The notes under the pieces: model-generated
Told to the model about the DNA's origin: nothing
Databases searched by the model: none
The model's input: the letters and a program-made list of their open reading frames with translations, nothing else
Part shown: piece by piece, positions 1 to 12,594 of the stretch
How positions within the stretch are numbered: the stretch's first letter is position 1
Layout of the letters: the number at the start of each line of letters is the position of its first letter
Origin: Lama glama
Lineage: Eukaryota
Direction: 5' to 3'
Length of the DNA stretch: 64,000 nucleotides
NCBI GenBank assembly: GCA_028534125.1
Contig: CM052841.1
Location: forward strand, 55,552,001 to 55,616,000
Position numbers and translations under genes: made by a program

Positions 1-379
1 GGGGGTGTTCTGTCTGCTTATGGGATGTGTGATTAAAAAGCTATGAGCTCCCTATTTATGTCTCTCCTGGGCAGCCTCATTTTCTAGAATTTGCAACGTG
101 TGTCTAGATGCATGATTATGTGAATGCATGTTGTAACCTATCTTTTCCAAAAAGAGCCATAAATCTTTACATTGAAAGAAAAGATTTATAACCCAGCCAG
201 GATGGCTCCAGGCCCCATGGGGAAGTATGCTTTAGAGACATGCCTTAATTTTTCACATTGAAAAGAGTCATAATGGGAAAATCATGTAAGCAAGAGGTAT
301 AAAGCTTTAAACTCAGGAATGTCTCAAGTGGAGATTTTGCGTTCAGTCACTTTTCCTGTGGTCATTAGATTTCAGATGG

Positions 380-590
380 CGAACTTCCAGGTGGCCTTGG
401 TTTATCAAACACTTTCACATCCGTTATGCCACTTGACTCCACAGCTGCCCAGTGAAGTAGGTAGGTGGGCCTTTACTTCAGAGGTGAAGAAATTAGATTC
501 CAGGCAAGTGGAGTGTCTTGACCAAAGCCATAGAGCGAAGGTAGAGCCAAGACTTGAACCCAGGTGTGCAGAATCTTCTCCACTGTACCC
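380..590 (-). mobile_element. MIR SINE fragment
   Basis: Reverse MIR core pattern: 'cccagtgaagtaggtagg...cagaggtgaagaaattaga...gtagagccaagacttgaacccagg'. Confidence 0.65.
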
Positions 591-658
591 TCGGACCCTC
601 TTTCTACCCTCTCTGACCCTGCTCTGTCCTTTCATGTGATGCATCATCTAGGCTTCAG

Positions 659-1124
659 TGTGAGTTTTCTACGCTGGCTGTAACAATTACCACAAACTTG
701 GTAGCTAAAGTCAACAAAAATGTATCATCTTGGAGTTCTGGAGGACAGAATTCTGAAATGGGTCTCACTGGGCTAAAATCAGGGCTCTGACCCTCCTGGA
801 GGTTCTAAGGGAGAACCCATTTCCTTGTTTCTTCCAGCTTCTCTCTGCATTTCTTGAGTCCCTTCAAAGCCTTTAATTTAAGAGGAATCCTTTTCCTGGT
901 ACCATCTTTCTAGTTTCCTTCCTCTGCCTCCTCTTCCATTTTTATGGAAACTTCTGATTACATTGGGCTCACCCAGATAATAAGATAGGAATAATCTCGC
1001 TACCATAAGGTGAGCTGATGGGCGACTGAATTCCATGCACAATCTTTACCATGCAACCTAACATATGCACAAATTTGGGGATTGGGGCATAGACATTTTG
1101 AAGGAGCAGTATTCTGCCTACCAC
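659..1124 (-). mobile_element. MaLR LTR, MLT1C/MLT1D-like
   Basis: 'gctgtaacaattaccacaaacttgg...gttctggagg...gattacattgggctcacccagataa...attctgcctaccaca' matches the reverse MLT1D layout from end to end. Confidence 0.85.
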
Positions 1125-1510
1125 AACTCGCTTGCTCTTTTAGCTTCTAATAGGTTCACCCAGCGGTGAGGCCTGGCAGGAGATCAGCAATGGAAGAGAG
1201 AGAAATCCAGGTACTTAAACTCCCTGTGCACTTCTGCAGAGGCTACGTCGTTCTGTTAAAGCCACATCTCTGTTAGGTGGCCCTTTCCTAGAGCTAAGAC
1301 TTTATCTGGTTCCCACTCCACTTCCTGTCCCGGTTTCATCAGGCCTGGGTGGTAACAACCTCCCTTTGTGGCTATTCCCAGCCTGCTTTCCCACCCTTGG
1401 TGGTACCCTTAACCTTCCTCACATCTTTGTCCACACTCCTTCCATTGCGTCATCTTCAATCCCTCCTTTAAGTGTTGTACCAGTGGCTTGCCAGGACCCT
1501 GGCTGCTGGA
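1125..1510 (+). mobile_element. ERVL LTR33-like LTR (5' part probably ~600-658, split by the MLT1)
   Basis: 'ggcaggagatcag...caggcctgggtggtaac...cccttaaccttcctcacatctttgt...ccaggaccctg' follows LTR33 motif order. Confidence 0.7.
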
Positions 1511-2039
1511 AGAAGGAAGCATCTTTCAAGGCTGGGTCTTTCCCCTCCATCGTATTTGGCTAAATCAATGGGATTAGTAACCTCAGCTACAGAAAGGCAT
1601 GGTTCTATTTCAACAATAATTTCCTATTTTTTTTTTCCTTCCTTGCTTAGGGTATAAAATCAGGGCTGAACCGACAGCAATGGTCACTGATATTTTCACT
1701 TTAGTTAATGAAAGGGGTCCATTCTGGGAAGCAGGAGGGAGAATTCTGCAGGGCCTCTGGTCCAAAGTGGCCCAACAAGTAATGCAGACCGTGTATTCAT
1801 TCCTTAGGTCTAGTAAATTCGAATGCTCAGAAATAACCACGTCCTCTGTTCATTCCAGCCCCATTTCTCATTCAACTCTGAACCTAGCTGGCTTTGTAAT
1901 GTGGAATAAACATTCAAGTTCCTACTGGGTGCTGGGGGTCCTACCACGGGGGCTCTTGCTAATGCTTCCAGTCCTATCTCTTACACCATCCTCCCAGCCT
2001 CCCTCCCTCCTCCCCCAGCCACCCTGGCCTCCTTTCCAC

Positions 2040-2395
2040 TCTTCTGCCTGGGAAGACAGCTCTCACTTGAGGCCTTAGCCCCTGCTGTCTCTCTTCCTAG
2101 AAACCTCTGTCCCCAGATCTTCAACTAGTCCTCTTCAACCTTGGGGACTTGGCTCAAATGTCACATCTTCAGAGAAAGCTTCCCTGATGAACCTAGACAA
2201 GCACTCCATCCTGCACCTTGGTTTTTCTTCATAGTACTTAACATCACCTGAAATTACCTAGATATACCTTCCTCATTCTCTGTCTTTCCCCGTACTCCAA
2301 AAGATCACTGTCCTTTCATGTCTTATTCTTTGCACTATCCCCAGTCCTTAGACGGCGACTGGCACATAGTCAGGGCTTCGATTAAATTCTTAGAT
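2040..2395 (+). mobile_element. L2 LINE 3' fragment
   Basis: 'ggctcaaatgtcacatcttcagagaaagcttccctga' and 'ctggcacatagt' are L2 3'-end hallmarks. Confidence 0.75.
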
Positions 2396-2399
2396 TTAA

Positions 2400-2640
2400 T
2401 AACGTTGACTAACATCCACTCAAAACTTACTATGCGCCAGGCTGTTCTAACTGCTCTGTGTGCATTTACTCATTTTCAGTCTCTACATCAGTGCTCTGAG
2501 GTTGACACTATTGAGATCCCAATTTTATAGGCAAGAAAGCTGAGGTTCCCAAAAACCATGAGTATGATCACCCCCGGTTACAGATGCCACAGTTGATAAA
2601 TAGCAGAGGAGGGCTCTGAACTCAGGCGGTCAGCTGCAGG
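2400..2640 (-). mobile_element. MIR SINE
   Basis: 'cttactatgcgccaggctgttctaa...cccaattttataggcaagaaagctgagg'. Confidence 0.8.
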
Positions 2641-4349
2641 GCCGGGTTTTCGTGGCTATACTCCCCTCTCTATCCCCTGCACAAGCGGGAGCTTTGGACT
2701 TCCCACGTCTGTTTGCTGACACTCACTCTCCCTCTTCACCTTCTGAGGCCCATCAAATGCGACCTCCGGCATAAATTCCAATATCCGTCCCAAAAGAGTC
2801 CTTTTTGTTATTTCCCAGTTTCGTATTATGGGTATGTCTGTTATATTTATCATATCATGTCAAAAACATGGGCTCACTTCCTATGTAATCATTGATTCTT
2901 TTAAGACAGAATCCCTCACTTGTATCTCTAGTGTCCAGAAGAGTGTGTATTAGGCAGTGGATAATGGATACATATTAAACGTGCTGTATTTTAGGCACTG
3001 AATAATTGTTGAATCAATAAAGACTACGACTTCCAAGCCATGTAGCTTGGTGCAAAGTTTTAGCCGTTTAGTCCCAAAATTCCAAAGAATACTTCAATCA
3101 GTAAATTTAACAAGGAAAAGATGAGACCGGAAGTGGTTGGAGCTTTATCCTGGAGGCTGATTCTGACACCAACACCCCCAGAAGAGCCAGAGAGTCAGCA
3201 TATGTCCAGAGAAAGCAGATGCATTGGGACCACTTGACAGAGAAGGGGCAGCAACAGGGAAGCAGTGAGAGGCACTGAGATGTTGCTGTGAACCCAGCAG
3301 CTCATCAAAGAAAGCTAAGTGGTGGTGGTGGTGGTGGGGGGTGGTCCCAGCCTCAGGCAACACATCTGCAAAACTTCAGTCTGGACTTTGCTCTCAGATC
3401 TCTTGTACATGTGCTCAATTCCCACCTTCTAGCATTTCCTTCTCCTGGACCCACTGCTCAGTGTGCCCTTCCTTCTCCCGGTCACCTAACCCAATATAGT
3501 CATTTACCCTTTAGAGTTTTCAAAAAGAGAACTGAATGTGCGAGGGATTAATAAGGAAACAAGATTTCCATGAAGTGGCCAGTGGTTCTAAAGTGATGGC
3601 AGTTCAGAAGCAATAGGAATGAGGAATAAGAATATTGGAAAGAAAAGGTGGGAGCTGTTGGCCATTGTGTGATTCCCATATCATCCTTGTCAGAGAGTTT
3701 TGTTTTGTTTAGCAAAACGGTGGGAGATACAAGTGACAAGAGTAGGCAAGAACTCTACAGGAGTCATGAAGGACGAGGTGGCACTAGAAGAAGATGGATA
3801 ACACCAAACCCAGGATTTTCTCAGAGACGTTTAGGTCTTATAACCATAGAATCATCTCATTTCACAACTACAATCCTAATACAACCCAGGTGATTGACAT
3901 TCTTGCAAAAAAATAATTGTTATTATAAATTTGAAACACCTAGTCCTAGAAATGGGCTATTCCCACCACTGATAAATCAGTGTCTGTTGGGTAAGAGGAA
4001 GTTTCTCAAGAGCCCAGTTGTCTAACTTTTGAACATCAGCCTGAGGTTCTCCTTCTGCCTGGCTCAGCCTAAATCTTTCCTCTGTCCAGGCTACTCTTGT
4101 TCTATTCCACGACACTCCTGTCTCTCCGTCATCTTTGCATCAACCGCCTAAATTAATATTTGGATTATTTCCTAAATATTTATCATGCATTATTTCTCTC
4201 CCATCAAGAAGATTATGAACTGACAGTGAAAAAAGAAAAAAAGGAAAAGGGAAAAACCGAACTTCTCTTGCATGCCTTTAAAGCCCAGTAAAGATAAGAT
4301 GGGCGCAGACCTGACCTTCAATGAATGTAGGTCGAGTTGAGTTAGAATG

Positions 4350-4650
4350 AACTTTGCCAAAAGGCTTTGTAGAATGTTGACAGATGTTGTGCAGGTGTGT
4401 GAGACAGGAAGGGAGGGGGTGGTGGATCTCTCAGGTCAAATTCATTTGGGAAACACTGGGTTAAACAAAGTTTAACAGGTTTCCTCCCCACTGGGCTCCT
4501 CCATCCCTTTGATATGCAAATATACATTATGAATCTCCAAGAGGGGACTTTCCTGGGCTGAATTTGCAAAACATGTTTGCCTTAGAAGCCTTTCTTTTAC
4601 ACAGAAACTTATAAAATTAGTACTCCATTGAACGCACTAAGAAAACACTG
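4350..4650 (+). mobile_element. MER103C-like hAT-Charlie DNA transposon fossil
   Basis: 'ggtcaaattcatttgggaaacactgggttaaacaaagtttaacaggtttc...tgaatctccaagagggg...gaaaacactg' matches the MER103C core and 3' terminus. Confidence 0.8.
4514..4553 (+). promoter_or_regulatory. Octamer (ATGCAAAT) + canonical NF-kappaB site (GGGGACTTTCC)
   Basis: Exact motifs at 4514-4521 and 4543-4553. Function is not demonstrated. Confidence 0.4.
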
Positions 4651-4949
4651 AATTTAATTAAATAAATTATAGATTAAAAAAAAAAAAAACCCTTCGAGAT
4701 GACTTTTTCCAATCCCCTCAGTTTACTCCTATGAAATAGGGATTATAATGCCACCTACCTCAAAAATCTGTCATGAAGTTTAAATAAATGAATACTTCTA
4801 GACGACTTAAATATCAGTAGATGTTTACTGATACTGTTTTATGGGTGAAAATATAAGTTTCCACCGCGTATGGCTTATAGGTTCAGCCAAAGTTTTGGAA
4901 TCAGACCAAGGAAAAGTGAGCTTGCACAACCCTGGACAGTGATGGAATC

Positions 4950-5090
4950 TCTGTTTATCCTCCACCTCCTCATCTGTGAAGTGGGACTGATGACAGCCAA
5001 CTTCGTACAGTTGTTATGAGGAGTAATGGACAACATGAGTTGAAGACTTAACCCAGAAATTGATACCTGGAGCCCATCCCGTAGGTGATA
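4950..5090 (+). mobile_element. MIR SINE fragment
   Basis: 'cctcctcatctgtgaagtgggactgatgacag...gttgttatgaggagtaatg'. Confidence 0.7.
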
Positions 5091-5109
5091 GCTCTTAGTC
5101 ACGAGTTCA

Positions 5110-5310
5110 GATTCACTGAGTTTCCTGGATGCAAATGCTATTCTAAACGTTGATATGTACTGACACATAAACTTAAAAGGTAGGTACCTTTTCAGTCCCA
5201 TTTTACAGAAAAGCAAATTGAAGATCAAAGAGGTAAAACAACTTGCCCAAGGTCACAAAGATAAGAAATGAGAGAGTCAAGGTTCAGACCCCATCAGGCT
5301 GACTCTAGTA
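5110..5310 (-). mobile_element. MIR SINE
   Basis: 'cccattttacagaaaagcaaattgaag...acttgcccaaggtcaca'. Confidence 0.8.
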
Positions 5311-7319
5311 CTGATTCTCCCAACTGCTGTATCTTTCTGCATCTCAGCATCATCCCATCCTGGGCTCCATCCGCAGTGAAAGTGTTGGCTGAGTCCTGGA
5401 CTTTGCTCCTGGGCTGTGACTGCTGGCATGCTCAAGACAAGTTGCATCCTGCCACATGGCACCTTAGACCCTCAGGGGTCTTGATTAAGGCTCCTAGCGT
5501 GTCTATGCAGCATGATTCCTGCCCCAGGCTGAGAAAGCTGCAGACAGACGGTGTGGTGGATGGAGGACCCCTCTGCATAACTGTGTCTGGGACCACCCAG
5601 GCAAGTGGAAGCCAAAAGGGTGGAGGGCCCTATAGCCCTCTCCCAAAGGATGCTGTGGGGGTCAGAGATCTGGAGGACAGCAGCCCCAGGTCGTGCCCAG
5701 AGAGGCCCCGAGGACCTGGGCTCTCACTGGGTCAACCCGACTTGGACACCCTCCTGATAAAACCACACGAGGGAGAGAATAGCCCAGCGCCTTCTTTTCC
5801 AGGGACAGCTTCGAGTCTGATGCTGACTGGAGCCCAAGACATGGGCCATCATTCTCCTTTTGAAAGGACTGAGGCCCAGAGAAAGAAGGTGGTTTGTCTT
5901 TTGGTCACTGAGTCAGCAAGTTGCAAAGTGGGGACTCAAACGTGAGCACCTTCCCTCCAAACCCTGCTCTTTCTAACTTCTCCAGACACGCCCAAGGAAT
6001 AAAAAGGGGTCGGAAGGAAGGAACTTTGGATGAACTTAAGGGTAGATCCACCCACAGAGACCTTTCATCTGTGGATGTGTTGCAACAGGCCTTGGGTTTA
6101 ACCAACCCCGGCAGCTTCAGAGATGTCCAGGCTGAGAAGCTTTGCCTACGTCCGGTTTCCCCTAGAGTTACAAGTTGAGATCAAGACATCCATCTTTTTT
6201 TCCTCCCGAGGCGACACCTGATGGTAACTGAGGTTATGTCAGCTTTTCCAGGAGGTGTATTTATGTAGTGCTTTTATCAAGCAAGGCCATGGCCGTGACC
6301 CCACAGGAGGACCGGGTCAGGCAATTGAAGCATTACATCACTTCAGTTGAGCTGTTTTGGAAAGAGGAGCCAGAAGAAAAAGAGAAAGGGGCCAGGATGG
6401 TGGGGAGGGGAAAAAAAAACCCAAAAAACAATTTCATGTGTTGAGCAACTAAGTGTAAATGCTACATTTCAGATCAGGGGTCTCTAAGACATCATCTGAT
6501 TGAATGTTCACAAGAGTCCTGGCAACTGGGCATTCAATACCAGTTGTCCAGATGAAGAAACCAGTTAGAAGGGTTAACAAGGTCCTACGGCTGGCACGTG
6601 TGACGTAGACCTAGACTGCCCTGATTTTGAAGCCCGCCTTAGCTGTGCTGTTGCTCTCTCCTCTGTGTCTTCAGAGTCTAGTCCTGATTCGCCCATTTAA
6701 CTTACTTCAGGCAAGCATCTTCACCTGGCAGAGCCCCAGGATTTCTTATCCTGAAACAATGATAGTTCTTGCCTACTCTAGACAGCACGTGAGGAACAAA
6801 GATTTGGAAACTTTTTGATCAATTAAACACGTATGGAGTACGTTTATAAATAGAAAAAAAAAGAGCTATTAAAAAGAGGGAAAAGTACTGAATGTGTATA
6901 TATTTGCAAAATCTGTATGGCTTTTCCAAATTTTAGTAGCTCTTTTTATATCTATAAGTACGTGGTAGGTACGCATGTATGTAATAGGTGTGTGTGCATA
7001 TAGCTAAAGACACACACACGTCAACACAGATTGTATATAATTATCGCAGCCAGTCCTTCCATGAAGTCACTCCCAAACCACTTGGCAATGTGTGCTTCCT
7101 TTTCTGACGTGATGGTCTCCTCACGTTTTCTTTTGGGGGGAATAATAATATCACCTTAAATCATGGGATGCTTTACCTTGAAAAGATTCGTTTAATATCC
7201 CTGTCAATATCCTAGTCTGTAAATGCATCACCGAATGATTTATTTTCCTATTTTGTGCAAAATGTACCGCATGCGCATTGTGAGTTATTTCTCCCTAAGG
7301 CCCTCGAAGGTGCATTTCT

Positions 7320-7540
7320 CTAGTGTAGTGGTGGGAAGATGGTCCCTAGAGCTGGTGTGGGTTCGAATCCTGGCTCTGTCACCTTTCTGCTGTGTGACTT
7401 TGTGCACATTCCAGTCCCTTCTAGACGTAAACCGGGGCAGTATTAATTAGTGTTTACATTTGGGGAATAAAAGTGTACATGTAAAATTCTTAGAACAGGG
7501 CTTAGAGCATCAGAACTATTCAATAAACATTACCTTGATT
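7320..7540 (+). mobile_element. MIR SINE
   Basis: tRNA-derived B box 'gggttcgaatcctggctctg' followed by 'gctgtgtgacttt' and a MIR-type tail. Confidence 0.8.
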
Positions 7541-7689
7541 ATTTCCTTCCAGTCTTAGGCACACAGAAGAGGGGACGGTAGATTATCGATGACCGTTGTT
7601 TATCTGAACTCGCTTTCGGCTGTAACTATCAGGCTCAGTTAAAAAATGCATTTGCCCAGGTAGATCAGTGAGGGGTTGTACAGACAAGC

Positions 7690-8290
7690 ACACAGGTAAA
7701 CATATGATTACAAACTGTTTACTAGCCCTTTGAAGGAAAATTAGCAAGCTACCCCGACAGAGTAAAATTGATAAGCGTGTTTTATGCAGAAGTTTCCAAA
7801 AAGGCCTCCTTAAGAAAGACACGTTTTAGGAGAGGCCTGAAGGGCAGGAGAGGTTGGCTAAGGGTAAGAGGAGATTTCTAGGCAGAGGGTGTAACATTAC
7901 GAAGACCCCATACCATGAGAGCGCTCGGGGGACTTGACGAGAAACAGCGTGGCTGAATGTGGCGAACACGGGACAAAGAGGAGAGAGATGAGGAGAGAAG
8001 AGGGAGGGGGAAGATTCAGGGGAGGTTCTGTAGACCAAGATCAGCTTTTAATCTAAGAAAGGGGGCACCCTAGGAGGGCTTTACATAGAAACATCTTGTG
8101 ATTAGTTTAGCATTTGGTTTCAAACCAGACTGGTGGCCACGTGCCAGGAGCAGTGGTAAAACCCAATTAAGGGGCTATTGCTATGACCAGGACTGGAGGT
8201 GATGATGGTGGCTTAGCCTAGGGCGGTGGTGATGAAAAGAGAGACCAGCAGATAGAGGTGGGATCACTGTAACTTGGATGGCTGATTTGG
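7690..8290 (-). mobile_element. L2 LINE fragment
   Basis: Purine-rich reverse L2 motifs: 'ctgaagggcaggagagg', 'ggggctattgc', 'gatgatggtggcttagcctagggcggtgg'. Confidence 0.7.
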
Positions 8291-8609
8291 GGGTCACTAG
8301 TGCCCCGGGGAACACGTTTTGGGAATCAATGCACTGATATAATTTGCATTATGCAAGGACTGAATCAAACCATTGCACGGGATTCTAGATGAGACACAAA
8401 GAAGACACCCCCAGTAATTAAAGCCATTTCCAAGGTGAAATAATCTATCTAAGGAGGTAACAGACTTTTTGACTTTGGACATTTTCAAAAAGGGTGTGGG
8501 TCACCATCTGCATAAGAGTTCATGAAAATGGTTTGGGAATCCCCCTCAAAGACATGTTTCAACATTTTGAAAAAGAATATGCATCAGAATCTTCATGGTT
8601 GACTGACTT

Positions 8610-8845
8610 ACCAGCATAAGAGCTAACACTTATGGAGTGTTCATTGTGTGCCAGTTTTAAAAGCGTGTTGACATGGATTAATCCATTTAACCCTCACAAC
8701 GACTGAATGAGGTGATACCAACATTATCCCCATTTTACAAAGGAGGAAGCTGAGATAGAGAAATACTGAGTAACTCACCCAGTGTCACACCCAAGGTTGG
8801 TCAGTGGGCGGAAGCAGGATTCCAACTCGGGCAACCTGGATCCAC
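8610..8845 (-). mobile_element. MIR SINE
   Basis: 'atttaaccctcacaac...attatccccattttacaaaggaggaagctgag'. Confidence 0.85.
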
Positions 8846-8994
8846 TTAAGACAGAACTTCAATGTCTCAACATTGGGAAATAGCTCAGTGCTTTAGAGCA
8901 TAGCCATTCTGTACAATAGTATTACGTTATTTAACACAGTGGTCATGAAAACTAAATAGTACAAATGAAAAAGGAAGAACAGAAATAACTTGCA

Positions 8995-9213
8995 AGGCAT
9001 AAATTAGGAGTTTGGGATTAGCAGATGTACACTACTATATATAAAATAGATAAACAACAAGGTCCTACTGTACAGCACAGGGAATTATATTCAATAGCTT
9101 GTAATAACCTTTAATGAAAAAGAATATAAAAAATAATGTGTATATGTATAACTGAATCACTGTGCTATATACCAGAATAGCACAATATTGTAAATCAAAT
9201 ACACTTTAATAAA
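8995..9213 (+). mobile_element. 5'-truncated lineage-specific L1 3' end with TSD, inserted into an older L1M fragment (~8860-9390)
   Basis: 'aaattaggagtttgggattagcagat...aacaaggtcctactgtacagcacagggaa...aataaa'. TSD AAATAACTTGCA (8983-8994) / AAATAATTTGCA (9214-9225). Confidence 0.9.
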
Positions 9214-9569
9214 AAATAATTTGCATGTATACCACAATTATCACTGTGTACAAAGCACACACAAATATACAGAAAATGAATGAGAAGGAAATGCTTGGAT
9301 AAAGGGAATATAGCTGACTTTTTCTTTTGCCTTTTTGTTTTCCAAATTTTCCCCAGTGCGGTAATACTACATTTATTCAGAAAATATAGTTGCAATTCAA
9401 AACAGATGATACCACTTGCACCAAAAAGAGCTGGGGGGAGATTGGACTTCTAAGAACTTTCCCAATGTGGATGTTCTATGATTCAACTAGAGTGGGCTTT
9501 TTTATGGGCAAACTGGGTGTCCAATATGAAAGTCTGGATGAAGACAAATCCGTCACAAATGAAACGCCA

Positions 9570-9989
9570 AATCTCAAGTGAAAACGTTTATTTTGATTTA
9601 ACAGTCAATAATCCAAACTAAATACCAGTCGATTAAGACAAATATGTTCTTGAGGCCTCACGACTCTGTATTATTAGTCACACATCCCTGACAAAGTTGC
9701 AAAACTTCCATAAATATGTTTTTAATGATCGGATGGTATTTAATCTAGTGTACACTCTTGCACATTAAGTTGAAATTAAATGCACCGTTTGCCGTGTCAT
9801 ATGCCTTCATGGCTTCAGCAATGCTCTCTTCTCTTCTCCTTTGAGCTCTGACAGCAATTTGCAATGCATCTGGGTAACATCTGGTAGATGAGACATACTG
9901 CTGGAGGTTTTCAGTCTCAGAGTTTGATGAGTCCTGATACATAACAGGGAGCTGTTTCTCATCAACTTTTCCCAGATGTCAAAATGCAT
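9570..9989 (-). ncRNA. Putative terminal exon of a minus-strand (likely non-coding) transcript
   Basis: Non-repetitive sequence. Acceptor 'cccccacacactttccctag|ATGC' at 9990/9989, AATAAA at 9592-9587, then a GU/U-rich downstream tract. Confidence 0.35.
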
Positions 9990-10227
9990 CTAGGGAAAGT
10001 GTGTGGGGGATATATTCATGTGCCTGCCATTCTCCCCACCTCTGAGCTGCGGAATACCCCTTGACAAGTCAGTAGCCCTCATTGCAGAAGAAAATAAGAG
10101 AATACGTCAAGGGGTCTCCTACTCTTTTTCCCTTAGTAGCAACTACCTGACCCCAGCATAGCTGATCCAGGGTGATGCAGCCCTATTTCTTGGGAGGGTC
10201 CATTCGGTATGACGGGATGCTTAATAA

Positions 10228-10411
10228 CACCACTGTCTCATAATTTGAAGACATTCCAATTATAAGACACACAACAGATTTAATAAGATCTCCTTAGGAA
10301 AAGGAGAGAAGTACGCTCGTAATTTTATGTATCAATTGGGAGACCTATCCCAGTTTCAGAAATGTTGAAAACATTAAAAAAAAAATACATCTCAACGTGT
10401 AGAAAATCTGG
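10228..10411. mobile_element. MER104-like TcMar-Tc2 MITE
   Basis: 'aattataagacacac...atcaattgggagacctatcccagtttcagaaatgttgaaa' resembles the ~180 bp MER104 consensus. Confidence 0.65.
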
Positions 10412-11219
10412 CATCTGATGTATCTAAATTGGCAAAATGTGGTTGTGTTCGTTTGTCCATTTCCTTTCATTCACAAAACGAGACTGTGATTTAGATCTTT
10501 CGACCTCTTTCTTATCCAGGCGAGGAGACTGAGTCTCGGAGGTTAAGGGACTTGATGGCAGAAGCTGAACTCTAAGCAGCTGTTCCCTGTCGTGTCTTCA
10601 CTTTAAAGACAAATGCTCCCTTCCCAGCAGTGGAACCTGTGGGGAGGTGTAAGGACACTGAACTTGCAGGCTCAGAGAGCCGAGTTCCTTCTCAAGGTTT
10701 GTCCCTATCACTGGCAGAGTTTCTGCTAGAAGCTGACTTGATGACTTCAAACTTACTGACAGCAGCTGACATTTAGTTATTTCTGTGTTAAAAGTTCATG
10801 GATTACTGATTTTATTGAGATTTTATTGAAAATTTGTCAACTGCTTAGCTATTTGTCACTGCTCTAGAAAAACAGAGTAATAACACTCATCAAGTATTTA
10901 ATACCTCCTACCTGCTATGATCTTACCAATTTCTACACATTGTAATATTTTATATTCATAGCAGGTTGATGAGGTAACTAACTTAATCTGCAGCTGAGGA
11001 AATTCAGGCACAAAGACAAAGCAACTTGCTCCAAGATACAGAATTCAGATCTATATTTTTCTGATTCTAGAGCAGATTTTTAAATGACTAAGTTAGCCTA
11101 TTTTCAGGACACAGGAAAAAACAAAAACAAAAACAAACTTGGAAAAGTCTCCTCTCTTAAGGGATTTGAAATTTAGTAAGTTAGTTTAAACATACAAACA
11201 TTTTGTATGTTTTAATTTT

Positions 11220-11399
11220 ACTATACATAAAAATAGTTAAAAACAATTTTTTTCTATGTGGCACAGGGAACCATATTCAATATCTTGTAATAACCTTTAG
11301 TGAAAACAAACATATGTATGTATATATATTACTGGGACATTATGCTCTACACCAGAAATTGACACATTGTAACTGACTATTCTTCAATTTTAAAAAAAA
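11220..11399 (+). mobile_element. 5'-truncated camelid-type L1 3' end
   Basis: 'gcacagggaaccatattcaatatcttgtaataacctt...actgggacattatgctctacaccagaaattgacacattgtaactgacta' plus an A tail. TSD CATACAAA (11191-11198 / 11401-11408). Confidence 0.9.
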
Positions 11400-11828
11400 G
11401 CATACAAAATGATAAGAGAAAATTGCCACCAAGTGGATATTATTATCCCATTCTGCAGATGAGTAAATAGAGCCTAAAGCTTTAAAAAGCCAATAAGACA
11501 ATTCAATCACAGGGTTTTTAAGCCCTGTTCCTATTCTCTTTCTAACTCTACACTGCATCTGTCATGCCGTTGCATTTTTGAGAAGGAAGCCAGATTCAAA
11601 TGATATTCAATAACTGTCCCAATATGAAAGGTTTATCAAACATTGATGATCTGACTGCATCCCGTGATTTATGTCTGAAATTCTGAGGATGGGCTGCAAC
11701 AACTGAAAGGATCTTTGAGATCCTCATATTTCCTCCGTCCCCATCACTTCCTACCCGGCACTCACTCACCCCTGATCATAAATATTGCTTGCCACTTTTA
11801 TGATTATTGGTGGTGAGATATGATGAAT

Positions 11829-12016
11829 NNNNNNNNNNNNNNNNNNNNNNNNNNNNNNNNNNNNNNNNNNNNNNNNNNNNNNNNNNNNNNNNNNNNNNNN
11901 NNNNNNNNNNNNNNNNNNNNNNNNNNNNNNNNNNNNNNNNNNNNNNNNNNNNNNNNNNNNNNNNNNNNNNNNNNNNNNNNNNNNNNNNNNNNNNNNNNNN
12001 NNNNNNNNNNNNNNNN
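11829..12016. other. Assembly gap (188 N)
   Basis: Run of N. Confidence 0.99.
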
Positions 12017-12367
12017 AAAGCCATTCCAACTTGGAGCTTTCTCTTTCGCCTGCGCTAGGGCCATCTCTTCACATCCTGGGAGAACTGGCTGGTTCTCACT
12101 GACTGTAACCTGGTGGAGAATGCTGAGATCATAATGAGAAGTTGAAAGCATTTGGCAAGAGGAAAGGCTAAATGCAGAAGAGTTCTGAGAGGAGCCTGAT
12201 GGAATGGTGGTCTCAGCTTTCACCCCTGCCTCAGCTCTGCCTCAGTCCCACCTTCCTCTTTAAGATAAAAGCGTATACTGTGTGTTGGCTCTAAGTAAGA
12301 CTGGCTCAACCCCCCTCATCCAAGAAGGGACAGTATTGTGAGATAGGGTGAGAAGCATGATGTAGAG

Positions 12368-12594
12368 GAGTGGTTTTCAACCAGGAGTGGTTTTTGCTGA
12401 CCCCTCCCCACCTCAGGGGACATCCAGCAATGTCTGGAGATATGTTGACGGTCACAAGTAGAGGCATGTTACTGGTTATCTACTGGGTAGAGGCCAGGGA
12501 CGCCGTTAAATATCCTACAATGTATGGGACAGCTCTCCACAACAAGGAATCATCTAGTCCAAAGTGCCAATTGTGCTAAGACTGAGCAGCTCTG
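12368..12594 (+). mobile_element. MER20 hAT-Charlie MITE nested in a MIR (~12330-12785)
   Basis: 'agtggttttcaacc...caatgtctggaga...tgggtagaggccagggacgccgttaaatatcctacaatg...cacaacaaggaatcatc' is full-length MER20. MIR sequence resumes on both sides. Confidence 0.92.

Noticed and set aside
5268-5945. Longest N-free ORF (225 aa)
   Set aside because: It starts inside a MIR, has no recognisable domain, and its composition is typical of chance ORFs in GC-richer non-coding DNA.
9745-9989. 60-65 aa minus-strand ORFs in the candidate terminal exon as a protein-coding gene
   Set aside because: No recognisable protein, and the frame implied by the upstream exon stops after three codons.
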